Virus record (IMG/VR): IMGVR_UViG_3300010047_000091 | Coordinates: 1-24,793 of that record | Direction: 5' to 3' (one strand) | From: a virus | Taxonomy: Duplodnaviria > Caudoviricetes | Length of the DNA: 24,793 nucleotides | Part shown: in pieces, positions 16,179 through 23,152 of the stretch | Position numbering within the stretch: the first letter of the stretch is position 1 | Layout of the letters: each line of letters begins with the position of its first letter | Notes under the pieces: generated by a model | Seen by the model: only the letters and a program-made list of their open reading frames with translations | Told to the model about the DNA's origin: nothing | Database searches by the model: none | Position numbers and translations under genes: made by a program

Positions 16179-17810
16179 TCACCCGGCGACCGCCTCGACC
16201 CGGGGGACGATCACGATGCGCGACGCGTCAAACCCCGTGTAGCCGCGGCCACGCGGCGTCACCGTGATCGACTCCGTTACGTCCCGGATAACCGCCCGAC
16301 GCTGCGCCACATCCATTGTCTCCCAGTCCGAGACGACCTGATCCCAGTCCTTCCCGCGGGCAGGCGGGATCGCTCGCAGCCGGTCACGAACCGCGGCAAT
16401 CTTGCGGTCGAAGCCCGCCTCCATCGGCGCCCAGTCCGCCGGTTTCATCTCGCCGTCCTGCGCCAGCTCGAACCACTCCGCCTTGCGGGCGATCAACACC
16501 GCCTCTTCGTCGACCGCGGCGCGGCGTTCCTCGACGTAGTCGTCCTGCGCCAACGCCGCCCGTGTCTCCGGGTCCTGTAGGGCCGCGAGGACGAGGTCCA
16601 CAACAACCCGATCGACGTTGTGCGCCCCGTCGATCCCGTCCGTGATCGTGTTCTGACCGCAACCACCGGTCGACGACACGCACCGGTAACGGCGCACCTT
16701 CACGCCCGGGTCGGTCGCAGCCGGGACCCGCGTGCCTGTCAGATGGTGCCCGCACGGGCACCGCAGGACACCCGAGAGCAGATGGGCGGACGGGCGACCC
16801 CGCTTGCGGGGGACCGAATACGCGACCCCGTTCGCATGCGACACCCGGGTCCGGTCCCCGTCCAGCAACGCCACAAGGCGGGCGTAGGTGTCCTCGTCGA
16901 AGATCGGCACCCACGCGCCCCGCTTAACGACCTTGCCGCGGACCGCCAGCCATCCGCCCACGTACGGGGACAGGAGGCGCCGCGCCAGCGTCGTCCCTTT
17001 CCATGGGGCGCCGTCACGACCCACGATCCCCGCCGCGTTGATATGGCGGCACACGTCCGCCAACGTCTCGCCCAGATTCAACAGGCGTTCCGCCGCTATC
17101 CGCAGGACCGCCGCCTCCGGTTCGAACACGACGAACGTCCGATCCCGGTTGGCATCCTCGCCCCAGAGGTAGCCGTACGGGGTGCCGCCCGACTTCGGGA
17201 GTCCCTTCGCGACCCGGTCAGCGAGTGTCCCGTGGACACCCTTCGTCACCATCGCCACATAGTGTTTGTTGAACACGCCGGTCATCTCGGACTGGAGATG
17301 GTCGTTCGGGGACCCGACGTCAATCGTCCCCTCTTCGTACCGGTGGATCTGCTCGACGCCACCGCGGACGCAGCGGTCGAGGAACGCCTCCCACGAATGC
17401 CGCAGGATGCGCGCCTGATTCCGGACCACCACGTACGCCACCAACCCGGCGTCGATCGCCTCGCACAAGGCGTCGAAGTCGGGGCGGGCGACGTTCGGGT
17501 CGGCGCCCGACTTGTCATTGTCGCAGTAGACGACGACGGGCAGGCCCGCGAACGTCGCCGGGTACCGGTCGAGGTAGGCGCGGGCGTTCTTCTCTTGCAG
17601 CTCGACGGACTCTTCGCCCCTCCGGGACTTGTCCTGCGACACCCGGAGATACAGGGCGACATGCACGCCCGACACCGCCTCGCGTACCCGCTTCGTGTGG
17701 CGACGCCGCTTCCGCGGGGGCTTGCGTTTCGCCGTCGCCGCGACCGTGGCCGCGAGCGCGTCGAACGGGTTGACGGACCCGGGGTCGGGGAGGTCGTTCA
17801 CCGCGGCCAC
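16179..17810 (-). CDS. Large serine recombinase (integrase), ~543 aa
   Basis: YLRVS catalytic Ser, YCDNDKSG, RPDF, PYGY recombinase domain, LLSGVLRCPCG...YRC...GGC zinc ribbon, coiled coil; GGAGG RBS before GTG 17810 (alternative start 17666). Confidence 0.95.
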   Translation of the reverse strand: MAAVNDLPDPGSVNPFDALAATVAATAKRKPPRKRRRHTKRVREAVSGVHVALYLRVSQDKSRRGEESVELQEKNARAYLDRYPATFAGLPVVVYCDNDKSGADPNVARPDFDALCEAIDAGLVAYVVVRNQARILRHSWEAFLDRCVRGGVEQIHRYEEGTIDVGSPNDHLQSEMTGVFNKHYVAMVTKGVHGTLADRVAKGLPKSGGTPYGYLWGEDANRDRTFVVFEPEAAVLRIAAERLLNLGETLADVCRHINAAGIVGRDGAPWKGTTLARRLLSPYVGGWLAVRGKVVKRGAWVPIFDEDTYARLVALLDGDRTRVSHANGVAYSVPRKRGRPSAHLLSGVLRCPCGHHLTGTRVPAATDPGVKVRRYRCVSSTGGCGQNTITDGIDGAHNVDRVVVDLVLAALQDPETRAALAQDDYVEERRAAVDEEAVLIARKAEWFELAQDGEMKPADWAPMEAGFDRKIAAVRDRLRAIPPARGKDWDQVVSDWETMDVAQRRAVIRDVTESITVTPRGRGYTGFDASRIVIVPRVEAVAG

Positions 17811-17811
17811 G

Positions 17812-17949
17812 TCAGCATCCCTCCGTCGCGCAGCGGATGTCATGGTCGAACGACCGCTCGCCCGCACCGGACACGAGGACACCGAACACGAGCGCGGCCA
17901 ACAGGGCCGCGCCCACGATCAGGACAAGGCGCCACTGATCCCGGCTCAT
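17812..17949 (-). CDS. 45-aa single-TM peptide upstream of integrase
   Basis: MSRDQWRLVLIVGAALLAALVFGVLVSGAGERSFDHDIRCATEGC*; ATGA overlap with the upstream gene; stop 1 nt before the integrase GTG. Confidence 0.7.
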   Translation of the reverse strand: MSRDQWRLVLIVGAALLAALVFGVLVSGAGERSFDHDIRCATEGC

Positions 17950-18245
17950 CGGCCCGACCCCCCGAAATCCGCCATCGCCGACTGCACGTCGACCAGTCCG
18001 CCGCTCTCCGCGACGACCGTCCCTTCGTCCTCGTCGGAGTCGTACCCGACCACGAACCACCCGGGGTCGCCCGACGTGATCCCGACCCACGCGCCACGCG
18101 TGGTGAAGAGAGGGACGACGGCAACCATCGTGAACCCGCCCGTCTGCTCGACGTGATGCGTGATCCCGGCCGCGGCCAGCTCGGCGACGATCGGGTCCAA
18201 ACCCTGATCGGTCGCTGCCCGCCGGCATGCCTCTTCGTAACTCAT
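17946..18245 (-). CDS. 99-aa acidic hypothetical protein
   Basis: GGAG RBS; globular-looking sequence (HHVEQTGGFTMVAVV...WFVVGYD); coupled to next gene. Confidence 0.8.
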   Translation of the reverse strand: MSYEEACRRAATDQGLDPIVAELAAAGITHHVEQTGGFTMVAVVPLFTTRGAWVGITSGDPGWFVVGYDSDEDEGTVVAESGGLVDVQSAMADFGGSGR

Positions 18246-18283
18246 CTGTGCTCCGTTCTTCCTGGTAGTGGACTTGCGGAGAC

Positions 18284-18314
18284 AGTGTACCTAAAGGACC
18301 ACCAACCCAGGTAA
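18284..18314 (-). promoter_or_regulatory. Candidate leftward promoter for the 99-aa/TM peptide/integrase operon
   Basis: Minus-strand TACACT (-10; 18289-18284) about 40 nt upstream of ATG; TTACCT 19 nt further upstream is a weak -35. Confidence 0.45.
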
Positions 18315-18330
18315 TCGGACCATTGGGTAC
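18287..18330. other. 44-bp imperfect inverted repeat; candidate attP or operator
   Basis: GTACCTAAAGGACC-16 nt-GGACCATTGGGTAC, 11 of 14 positions symmetric; lower-GC intergenic region near the integrase. Confidence 0.4.
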
Positions 18331-18452
18331 GGGACGAGAGACGCCCGCCTCCTAGAACGTCCCAACCCCCCGCCGCGTCCGACGTCGCTACCCTCGCGGG
18401 GGGCGTGGACCCCGGGGCGGGACCGCCTCCTAGGTCCCCCGGGGTCCGTGCC
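18331..18452 (+). ncRNA. Candidate structured RNA/leader: three hairpins, two carrying CCGCCUCCUAG
   Basis: Stems 18331-36/18358-63, 18366-73/18396-403, 18402-17/18437-52 (G-U pairs favour the + strand); 11-nt repeat CCGCCTCCTAG at 18345 and 18423. Confidence 0.45.
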
Positions 18453-18464
18453 ATCGGAGGACAC

Positions 18465-18725
18465 ATGGCACGAAGACCCTCTCGCTCGTCCGCCCGGGGC
18501 GTGGGGCGGCTCCCGTCCTCGGCGTTCGCCTACCCGTCCCGGCGCGCCTACCCGATCAACACGATAGGCCGCGCCCGCAGCGCGCTCGCCCGCGCCAACT
18601 CGACGCACAATGCCGGCACCTACCAGCACGTCGCCCGTGCCGTCCGCCGCCGCTACGGCAACCGGGTCGCGTCCGTGGGACCCGCCAAAGGGACCACCAC
18701 CCGCCCCGGACTCCGCAAGCGCTAG
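18465..18725 (+). CDS. 86-aa very basic protein, DUF6582-like
   Basis: GGAGG RBS; LPSSAFAYPSRRAYPINT..RARSALAR resembles the LPxSAFAFP..RxxP...ARNALAR family motif (recognised from memory). Confidence 0.8.
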   Translation: MARRPSRSSARGVGRLPSSAFAYPSRRAYPINTIGRARSALARANSTHNAGTYQHVARAVRRRYGNRVASVGPAKGTTTRPGLRKR

Positions 18726-18736
18726 AGCCCAGGCGT

Positions 18737-19150
18737 TCACGGCGCTACCCGCAGCAGCGCCCGGATAGCTCGGATGGCGTGCGCGTCGTCGTCGGCCGAC
18801 TCCAGCACCGCGTTGATCGCGTTCCGAAGCGCACCCGAATCATCGGCCCAATCGACCTCGTCCTCCCGGGCCGGGGGCACTGGACCATGAAGTCGCACTG
18901 GTAGCCGCCGTCGTGCTTCCCGCCGCCCGGTCGCAACCAACCAGGCGTCAACCTCCGGGAACCACCACACGTCCGCCCCCGCCACCCGGCCGACCGGCGA
19001 CGGAAACGTCCGATGCCGTATCTGCCACGTGAACACCGTTGTCCGCCCCAACCCGAGACGCTTCCGCAGGTCGCCGGCAGACACGAGGTCCGCGAGTACA
19101 CGCCGGATCAACACCCGCGGCACGGGCGCCAACCAGTCGTCGTCATCCAT
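18737..19150 (-). CDS. AlpA/MerR-like HTH DNA-binding protein (~137 aa)
   Basis: DLVSAGDLRKRLGLGRTTVFTWQIRHRTFPSPVGRVAGADVWWFPEVDAW. Confidence 0.85.
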   Translation of the reverse strand: MDDDDWLAPVPRVLIRRVLADLVSAGDLRKRLGLGRTTVFTWQIRHRTFPSPVGRVAGADVWWFPEVDAWLVATGRREARRRLPVRLHGPVPPAREDEVDWADDSGALRNAINAVLESADDDAHAIRAIRALLRVAP

Positions 19151-19487
19151 CGTCGCCCAACAACGTCCGGAGGTCGGCGGCGCGGTCGCCCTTCCTCCCA
19201 CGCATGTACGTCAGAAACAACCGTTCGAACTCGCGGTCGACCTTCGCCACCGCCTCATCCATGGCGACTTTTATCGTCTCCCTGTACTCCGCTAGGCCCG
19301 ATTCGACCGCCTGTTCGACCCGCTCGCGCATCACCCGGTCGACCTCGACGTCCCGTGCCTCCCGTAGCTCCCGGATCACCCGGCGCGCCTCTTTCAGCTC
19401 GGACCGCAAGTCGCGGATCACGTCGCGCCCGTCCAGAGACGCCGCGCCAAGCTGGTCGACGAGGGACCCGAAATCGGCGCCGCTCAC
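19143..19487 (-). CDS. Coiled-coil hypothetical protein (~114 aa)
   Basis: GTGA overlap; E/R-rich helical sequence. Confidence 0.8.
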   Translation of the reverse strand: MSGADFGSLVDQLGAASLDGRDVIRDLRSELKEARRVIRELREARDVEVDRVMRERVEQAVESGLAEYRETIKVAMDEAVAKVDREFERLFLTYMRGRKGDRAADLRTLLGDDG

Positions 19488-19723
19488 CCGACACGCTCCC
19501 GCCACTCCCGCCACGCCCGCACTTCGGCCGCAAGCGACAGGACCGCGTAACCGACACCGCGCATCGCTCCCGCGAGCGCCCTGTCACTGCTCGTGCTGTC
19601 CCGTAGCTCATAGATGGCGTGACTCTTCATGTGCTCCGCCTCGTCGTCGAAAGGGTCGTCGTCGTCGTGCAGTAGCGATGTGTTGAACGCCTCTTCGACC
19701 TCGTCCCGTTCGTCGTCGCTCAC
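19484..19723 (-). CDS. 79-aa hypothetical protein
   Basis: GGAGG RBS with GTGA overlap; GVGYAVLSLAAEVR. Confidence 0.8.
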   Translation of the reverse strand: MSDDERDEVEEAFNTSLLHDDDDPFDDEAEHMKSHAIYELRDSTSSDRALAGAMRGVGYAVLSLAAEVRAWREWRERVG

Positions 19724-19909
19724 TCGTCCTCCGCGTGCTCCGCGCACGGCATCGGACGGAAACACCGGGCCTGCGACCCGTCCTCCGTCGTCACGATGGC
19801 GACGCAGTAGCCGCGCTCCCCCTCGCGGACGAGGCGCGCTAGGTCCGCCTCCGTCAACACCGCCCCCGACTTCGTCACGTACCGCTTGTCGTCGCTCACT
19901 CGTCCTCCG
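19712..19909. repeat. Perfect 22-bp direct repeat at two successive gene junctions
   Basis: GTCGTCGCTCACTCGTCCTCCG at 19712-19733 and 19888-19909. Confidence 0.95.
19720..19899 (-). CDS. 59-aa hypothetical protein with C..C..CxxH tail
   Basis: GGAGG RBS with GTGA overlap; YVTKSGAVLTEADLARLVREGERGY...CFRPMPCAEH. Confidence 0.8.
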   Translation of the reverse strand: MSDDKRYVTKSGAVLTEADLARLVREGERGYCVAIVTTEDGSQARCFRPMPCAEHAEDE

Positions 19910-20063
19910 TCGTCTCCGCCTGGTCGCGTTCCGCCAACCCGCGGTCCCGGCCGTGCAAGTAGTCGCCCCAGTGGTCGCCGCCCCGCCACCGGTACATGTA
20001 GCGGTGTTCGTCGGCGCGGCCGTCCAGCCACCCGTCCCACGCCGCTTGGTCCGCCGGTTTCAT
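19896..20063 (-). CDS. 55-aa aromatic/Gly-rich hypothetical protein
   Basis: ATGA overlap upstream, GTGA downstream; MKPADQAAWDGWLDG...YLHGRDRG. Confidence 0.75.
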   Translation of the reverse strand: MKPADQAAWDGWLDGRADEHRYMYRWRGGDHWGDYLHGRDRGLAERDQAETTEDE

Positions 20064-21031
20064 CCGGTCGGGACTCCCGCCGGCTGGGCGTCCGGGTCGG
20101 TCACGACGTACGCCAACCACGACCGCACGCCGTTCCGCAACACGACACACACCTTCCCGGACTCGTCCAACATCAGGCCCCGAACCACGAGCTGCGTCCC
20201 CAGGTCGGGCAGCGGAGGCAACGCCACCGGTGCGCCCCGGTCGGGCTCGGGCTCCGGAGTCGACGGCGGCGGCGGGGATGCCGGCTCAATCAGTCCCGCG
20301 CCTTCCGCGGCGGCGACATCGTCGTCCGTGATCGGCGGCGGCGCCGCAGGCGGCACTCGGGTCACCCGGACTTCGCTGGCGGGCGGCGTCCCGTTCCAAT
20401 TCCGGGCCGACATGGCTTTGCGGTCGATCCGGTTGAGGTCGCCGTCCAACGCCTTACCCGCCGCCGCCTCCACCGACGCCGCGTGCCGATCCTCCCGCAG
20501 TGACCCCGACGCCGGGTGCGTCAACGTCTTCGCGTTCCGGGACGGTAGGTAGCGGTCTATGCCCGCGAGATGTTCCTTCACCCACTCGCGGCCAAGCGGC
20601 GTCAACTCCACCATGAGAGTCCGTTTGCCCACCACGAGACGGTCGACGAGCGCGTCGTCCTCTAGCTGCTTGAGTCCGTTCGATATGGATTGCCGGGTCG
20701 TTCGGTCCCACATCGTCGACTTGGCGTGCAGCTTCGCTGCCACTAGGCCCGACTTGTCTTCGGCGCGGCCCCCGTACCCGATCAACGCCCCCAACGCCGC
20801 CAACGTCGCAGGCGGGTAGACCGCCGTCGCTCGATCGTGTTCCCGCATCGCCAACAGGTCCGAGCGGCGAAACTCCAGACGAACCCCGGGATGCCCCCGG
20901 TCGGCGTTCGACACCTTCCGGTGTGCCAGCTCGTCGGCGTGGTTGTGCGCTTTCGCCCGGCCGTGCAACGCCCCCGGACTGATCCCGAGAATCTTCGCCG
21001 CCGTCTCAGTGTCGACCCAATCGCCGGACAT
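20060..21031 (-). CDS. 323-aa protein with two predicted DNA-binding domains (Xis-like HTH and MarR-like winged helix)
   Basis: GAAAGGA RBS; DWVDTETAAKILGISPGAL...LEFRRSDL; TRQSISNGLKQLEDDALVDR...VELTPLG; Pro-rich linker. Confidence 0.8.
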   Translation of the reverse strand: MSGDWVDTETAAKILGISPGALHGRAKAHNHADELAHRKVSNADRGHPGVRLEFRRSDLLAMREHDRATAVYPPATLAALGALIGYGGRAEDKSGLVAAKLHAKSTMWDRTTRQSISNGLKQLEDDALVDRLVVGKRTLMVELTPLGREWVKEHLAGIDRYLPSRNAKTLTHPASGSLREDRHAASVEAAAGKALDGDLNRIDRKAMSARNWNGTPPASEVRVTRVPPAAPPPITDDDVAAAEGAGLIEPASPPPPSTPEPEPDRGAPVALPPLPDLGTQLVVRGLMLDESGKVCVVLRNGVRSWLAYVVTDPDAQPAGVPTG

Positions 21032-21058
21032 GGGTGCCGTCCTTTCCGTCCTAGCGGT

Positions 21059-21319
21059 CTAAGTCTGGTCCATGGCGGCGATGCGTGTCATCCACCGTCG
21101 TTCCTGTTCGTGGTCTAGTCGCGCCAGCTCATAGAACCAGCGCACGAATTCGATACGCCCAATCGCCCACGACGACGCGACTTTCTCCATGGGTATCCGC
21201 CCTTCGATCGCCCATCGGCGGACCGTGTTCGGGTGGCGGTCGACCAAATCGGCGACCTCGGATAGCGACAGCAACATCCGGCGTTTCGCTAGCGGCGGAC
21301 GGGCGGGGTGGGGCGGCAT
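21059..21319 (-). CDS. Excisionase-family (HTH_17) DNA-binding protein, leftward (start 21319 or 21277)
   Basis: LLSLSEVADLVDRHPNTVRRWAIEGRIPMEKVASSWAIGRIEFVRW. Confidence 0.88.
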   Translation of the reverse strand: MPPHPARPPLAKRRMLLSLSEVADLVDRHPNTVRRWAIEGRIPMEKVASSWAIGRIEFVRWFYELARLDHEQERRWMTRIAAMDQT

Positions 21320-21409
21320 GGGCGCGGCTCCGTTCGCGTGTCTGTGGACTCTCCCCTCGACGAGAGCCGACGCCCATCCGGTGTGTCCCCCTTCCTGCCC
21401 ACCCGCCGC
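21292..21409. promoter_or_regulatory. Long imperfect hairpin (~118 nt) covering the 5' end of the leftward HTH gene
   Basis: Pairings 21292-98/21403-09, 21301-08/21393-400, 21310-13/21388-91, 21318-30/21364-77; about 33-nt loop. Confidence 0.6.
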
Positions 21410-21630
21410 CATCTTGTGGCGACCTGCTCACGTTGCGCACTACGGGTACCACACGTAGCGAACGACCACAAGCACTTACTGGCAGTAATCGACGCGTTTC
21501 CTCCCGCCACTCTGTGGAGTGACCCGGAACGACGCGGTTTGGCACGAATCGGCACGTGTTGACTGCCTAAACACGTCAGAACGTGACGAAACGAACGCGG
21601 ACCCCCTCACCGTGGGTGCCCGGATGACTA

Positions 21631-21659
21631 TTGAGTGACCACCAGGTAACGGCAAGAGT
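21631..21659 (+). promoter_or_regulatory. Candidate rightward promoter giving a leaderless mRNA
   Basis: TTGAGT-17 nt-AAGAGT, then 7 nt to ATG 21667; no SD before that ATG. Confidence 0.5.
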
Positions 21660-21666
21660 CGCCCCC

Positions 21667-21858
21667 ATGGGTGAAGCGCAGGCTCCCGAGTGGTACACGC
21701 GGACCGACGCCGCGAGGCGGCTCCGGTGCTCGCAGGCGACCATTCGGCACATGATCGAAAACGGCGACCTCCGGGTCGTCCGGTTCGGGCGGCGCACCGT
21801 CATCCCCGCATCCGAAATCGCCCGGTTCGAACAGGACATGGCCGGACGGGCGTCGTGA
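21667..21858 (+). CDS. Excisionase-family (HTH_17) DNA-binding protein, rightward (63 aa)
   Basis: EWYTRTDAARRLRCSQATIRHMIENGDLRVVRFGRRTVIPASEIARF. Confidence 0.9.
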   Translation: MGEAQAPEWYTRTDAARRLRCSQATIRHMIENGDLRVVRFGRRTVIPASEIARFEQDMAGRAS

Positions 21859-21861
21859 CCG

Positions 21862-22017
21862 ATGGAACCGCCGCCCGATAAGACGCGCCCCATCATTGTC
21901 GACCACGACGGGAACCGGCTCGACGCCATACCGCCCGTCTCTAACGACCCGATCCGCCTCGCCCGCATCGTCGCCATATTCCGCGCCGCCCGCCGCCAAC
22001 GCGACCGCGACCGATGA
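21862..22017 (+). CDS. 51-aa hypothetical protein (not in ORF track)
   Basis: MEPPPDKTRPIIVDHDGNRLDAIPPVSNDPIRLARIVAIFRAARRQRDRDR*; fills the gap, stop overlaps next ATG. Confidence 0.7.
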   Translation: MEPPPDKTRPIIVDHDGNRLDAIPPVSNDPIRLARIVAIFRAARRQRDRDR

Positions 22018-22940
22018 CAGCTCTACCGCTCGCGCTCGGGCATCCCGCGGTGGAGGTCGCCCGCGCCGACGACGGGGACCGCGAACTCTGGTCGGTCACC
22101 ACCATCATTGACGTCCTCAACAAACCCGCCCTGATCCCGTGGGCCGCGAAAGAAACCGCGGCGGCGGCGGTCGACGACTTGGACCTGTTGAACCGGTACG
22201 TCGCCAACCAGGGCCGCGACGAGGCGGTCAAATGGCTGTCGGGCGCCCGGTTCCGGGTGAAAGACCGGCTGTCCGCGACGCAGCTCGGGCAGGTGTTCCA
22301 CGCCGTCGCCGAGGTCTACGCGCTCACCGGGACCCGGCCGACCCTCGCCGACATCGCCGAAACCGTCGCACACGAAGGCGGCGACGGGTTCCGGGGCGTC
22401 AACGCCGAGGCGAACGTGGTCGCCCGCATGCTCGACCGGTTCGACGAATGGTGCGCCCGGTTCCAACCCGAGTACGACGCCACCGAAGTTGTCGTCTACC
22501 ACCCGACCTACGGCTACGCCGGCACCGCCGACGCGTTCGTCGTCATCGCGGGCGTCCCGCTGATCGTCGATTACAAGACCTCGCGGGACCCCCGGGACTC
22601 GCAGGGCCGGCCGAAGACCCCGTACCCGGAAGCGGCGTTACAGGTCGCCGCCTACCGGCACGCCGAATCCGCGGCCGTGTGGCGACCCCGCCGCACCGAA
22701 CGGTTCCGTCGCCGCGTCTACCTGCTGTCCGACGCCGAACGCGACCAGGCGGTCCCGGTGCCCGCCACCGATGGCGGCGTCGTCGTCCACGTCACCCCGG
22801 AGTCGTGTGAGGCGTTCCCGGTGCGCTGCGACGACCGGGTGTTCACGTCGTTTCTGTACGTCGTCGAAGCGGCCCGCTGGTCGTTCGACCTCGCACACGA
22901 CGTCGTCGGCATCCCCCTTGTCCCGGAGTCGGCGTCGTGA
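22014..22940 (+). CDS. PD-(D/E)XK exonuclease (RecE/Cas4-like phage exonuclease), 308 aa
   Basis: SVTTII...KPALIPWAA, GQVFH, YAGTAD, IVDYKT, LQVAAY motifs. Confidence 0.92.
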   Translation: MTALPLALGHPAVEVARADDGDRELWSVTTIIDVLNKPALIPWAAKETAAAAVDDLDLLNRYVANQGRDEAVKWLSGARFRVKDRLSATQLGQVFHAVAEVYALTGTRPTLADIAETVAHEGGDGFRGVNAEANVVARMLDRFDEWCARFQPEYDATEVVVYHPTYGYAGTADAFVVIAGVPLIVDYKTSRDPRDSQGRPKTPYPEAALQVAAYRHAESAAVWRPRRTERFRRRVYLLSDAERDQAVPVPATDGGVVVHVTPESCEAFPVRCDDRVFTSFLYVVEAARWSFDLAHDVVGIPLVPESAS

Positions 22941-23152
22941 ACACGTGGCCGTCGTCGTACCCGCCGGAACGCACGCTCCCGCCGTATGTGGAACACCGCC
23001 TCGGCGACCCCGTCCCGTGTTGCGGATGCCCGTTGGGCGTCATCCGCGACGGCGTCCCCGACTGTCCCTGTCGCTGCCACGACTGCGCCCGCGCGCTCGT
23101 CGGGTTCAACCCGCCGCCGCCCCGCCCCGCCAGCTCGAAACGGGCGTCGTGA
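22937..23152 (+). CDS. 71-aa Cys-rich hypothetical protein
   Basis: GTGA overlaps at both ends; CCGC...CPCRCHDC. Confidence 0.7.
   Translation: MNTWPSSYPPERTLPPYVEHRLGDPVPCCGCPLGVIRDGVPDCPCRCHDCARALVGFNPPPPRPASSKRAS

Noticed and set aside
10698-17810. Invertible tail-fibre system or diversity-generating retroelement
   Set aside because: The recombinase is a large integrase, not an invertase; no opposite-strand fibre cassettes, reverse transcriptase or TR/VR pair seen
17811-17882. Track start of the integrase at 17882
   Set aside because: Overlaps the coupled 45-aa TM gene; GTG 17810 has a GGAGG RBS
18246-18464. tRNA gene near the integrase
   Set aside because: No cloverleaf or TTC-loop motif; no tRNA or rRNA recognised anywhere in the window
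21320-21412. N-terminal extension of the leftward HTH ORF to 21412
   Set aside because: Coincides with the hairpin, has no domain signal, and the true start is more likely 21319 or 21277; not fully excluded
22014-22940. Cas4 as part of a CRISPR system
   Set aside because: Lacks the four-Cys Fe-S pattern; context is phage recombination; no cas1/cas2 or array
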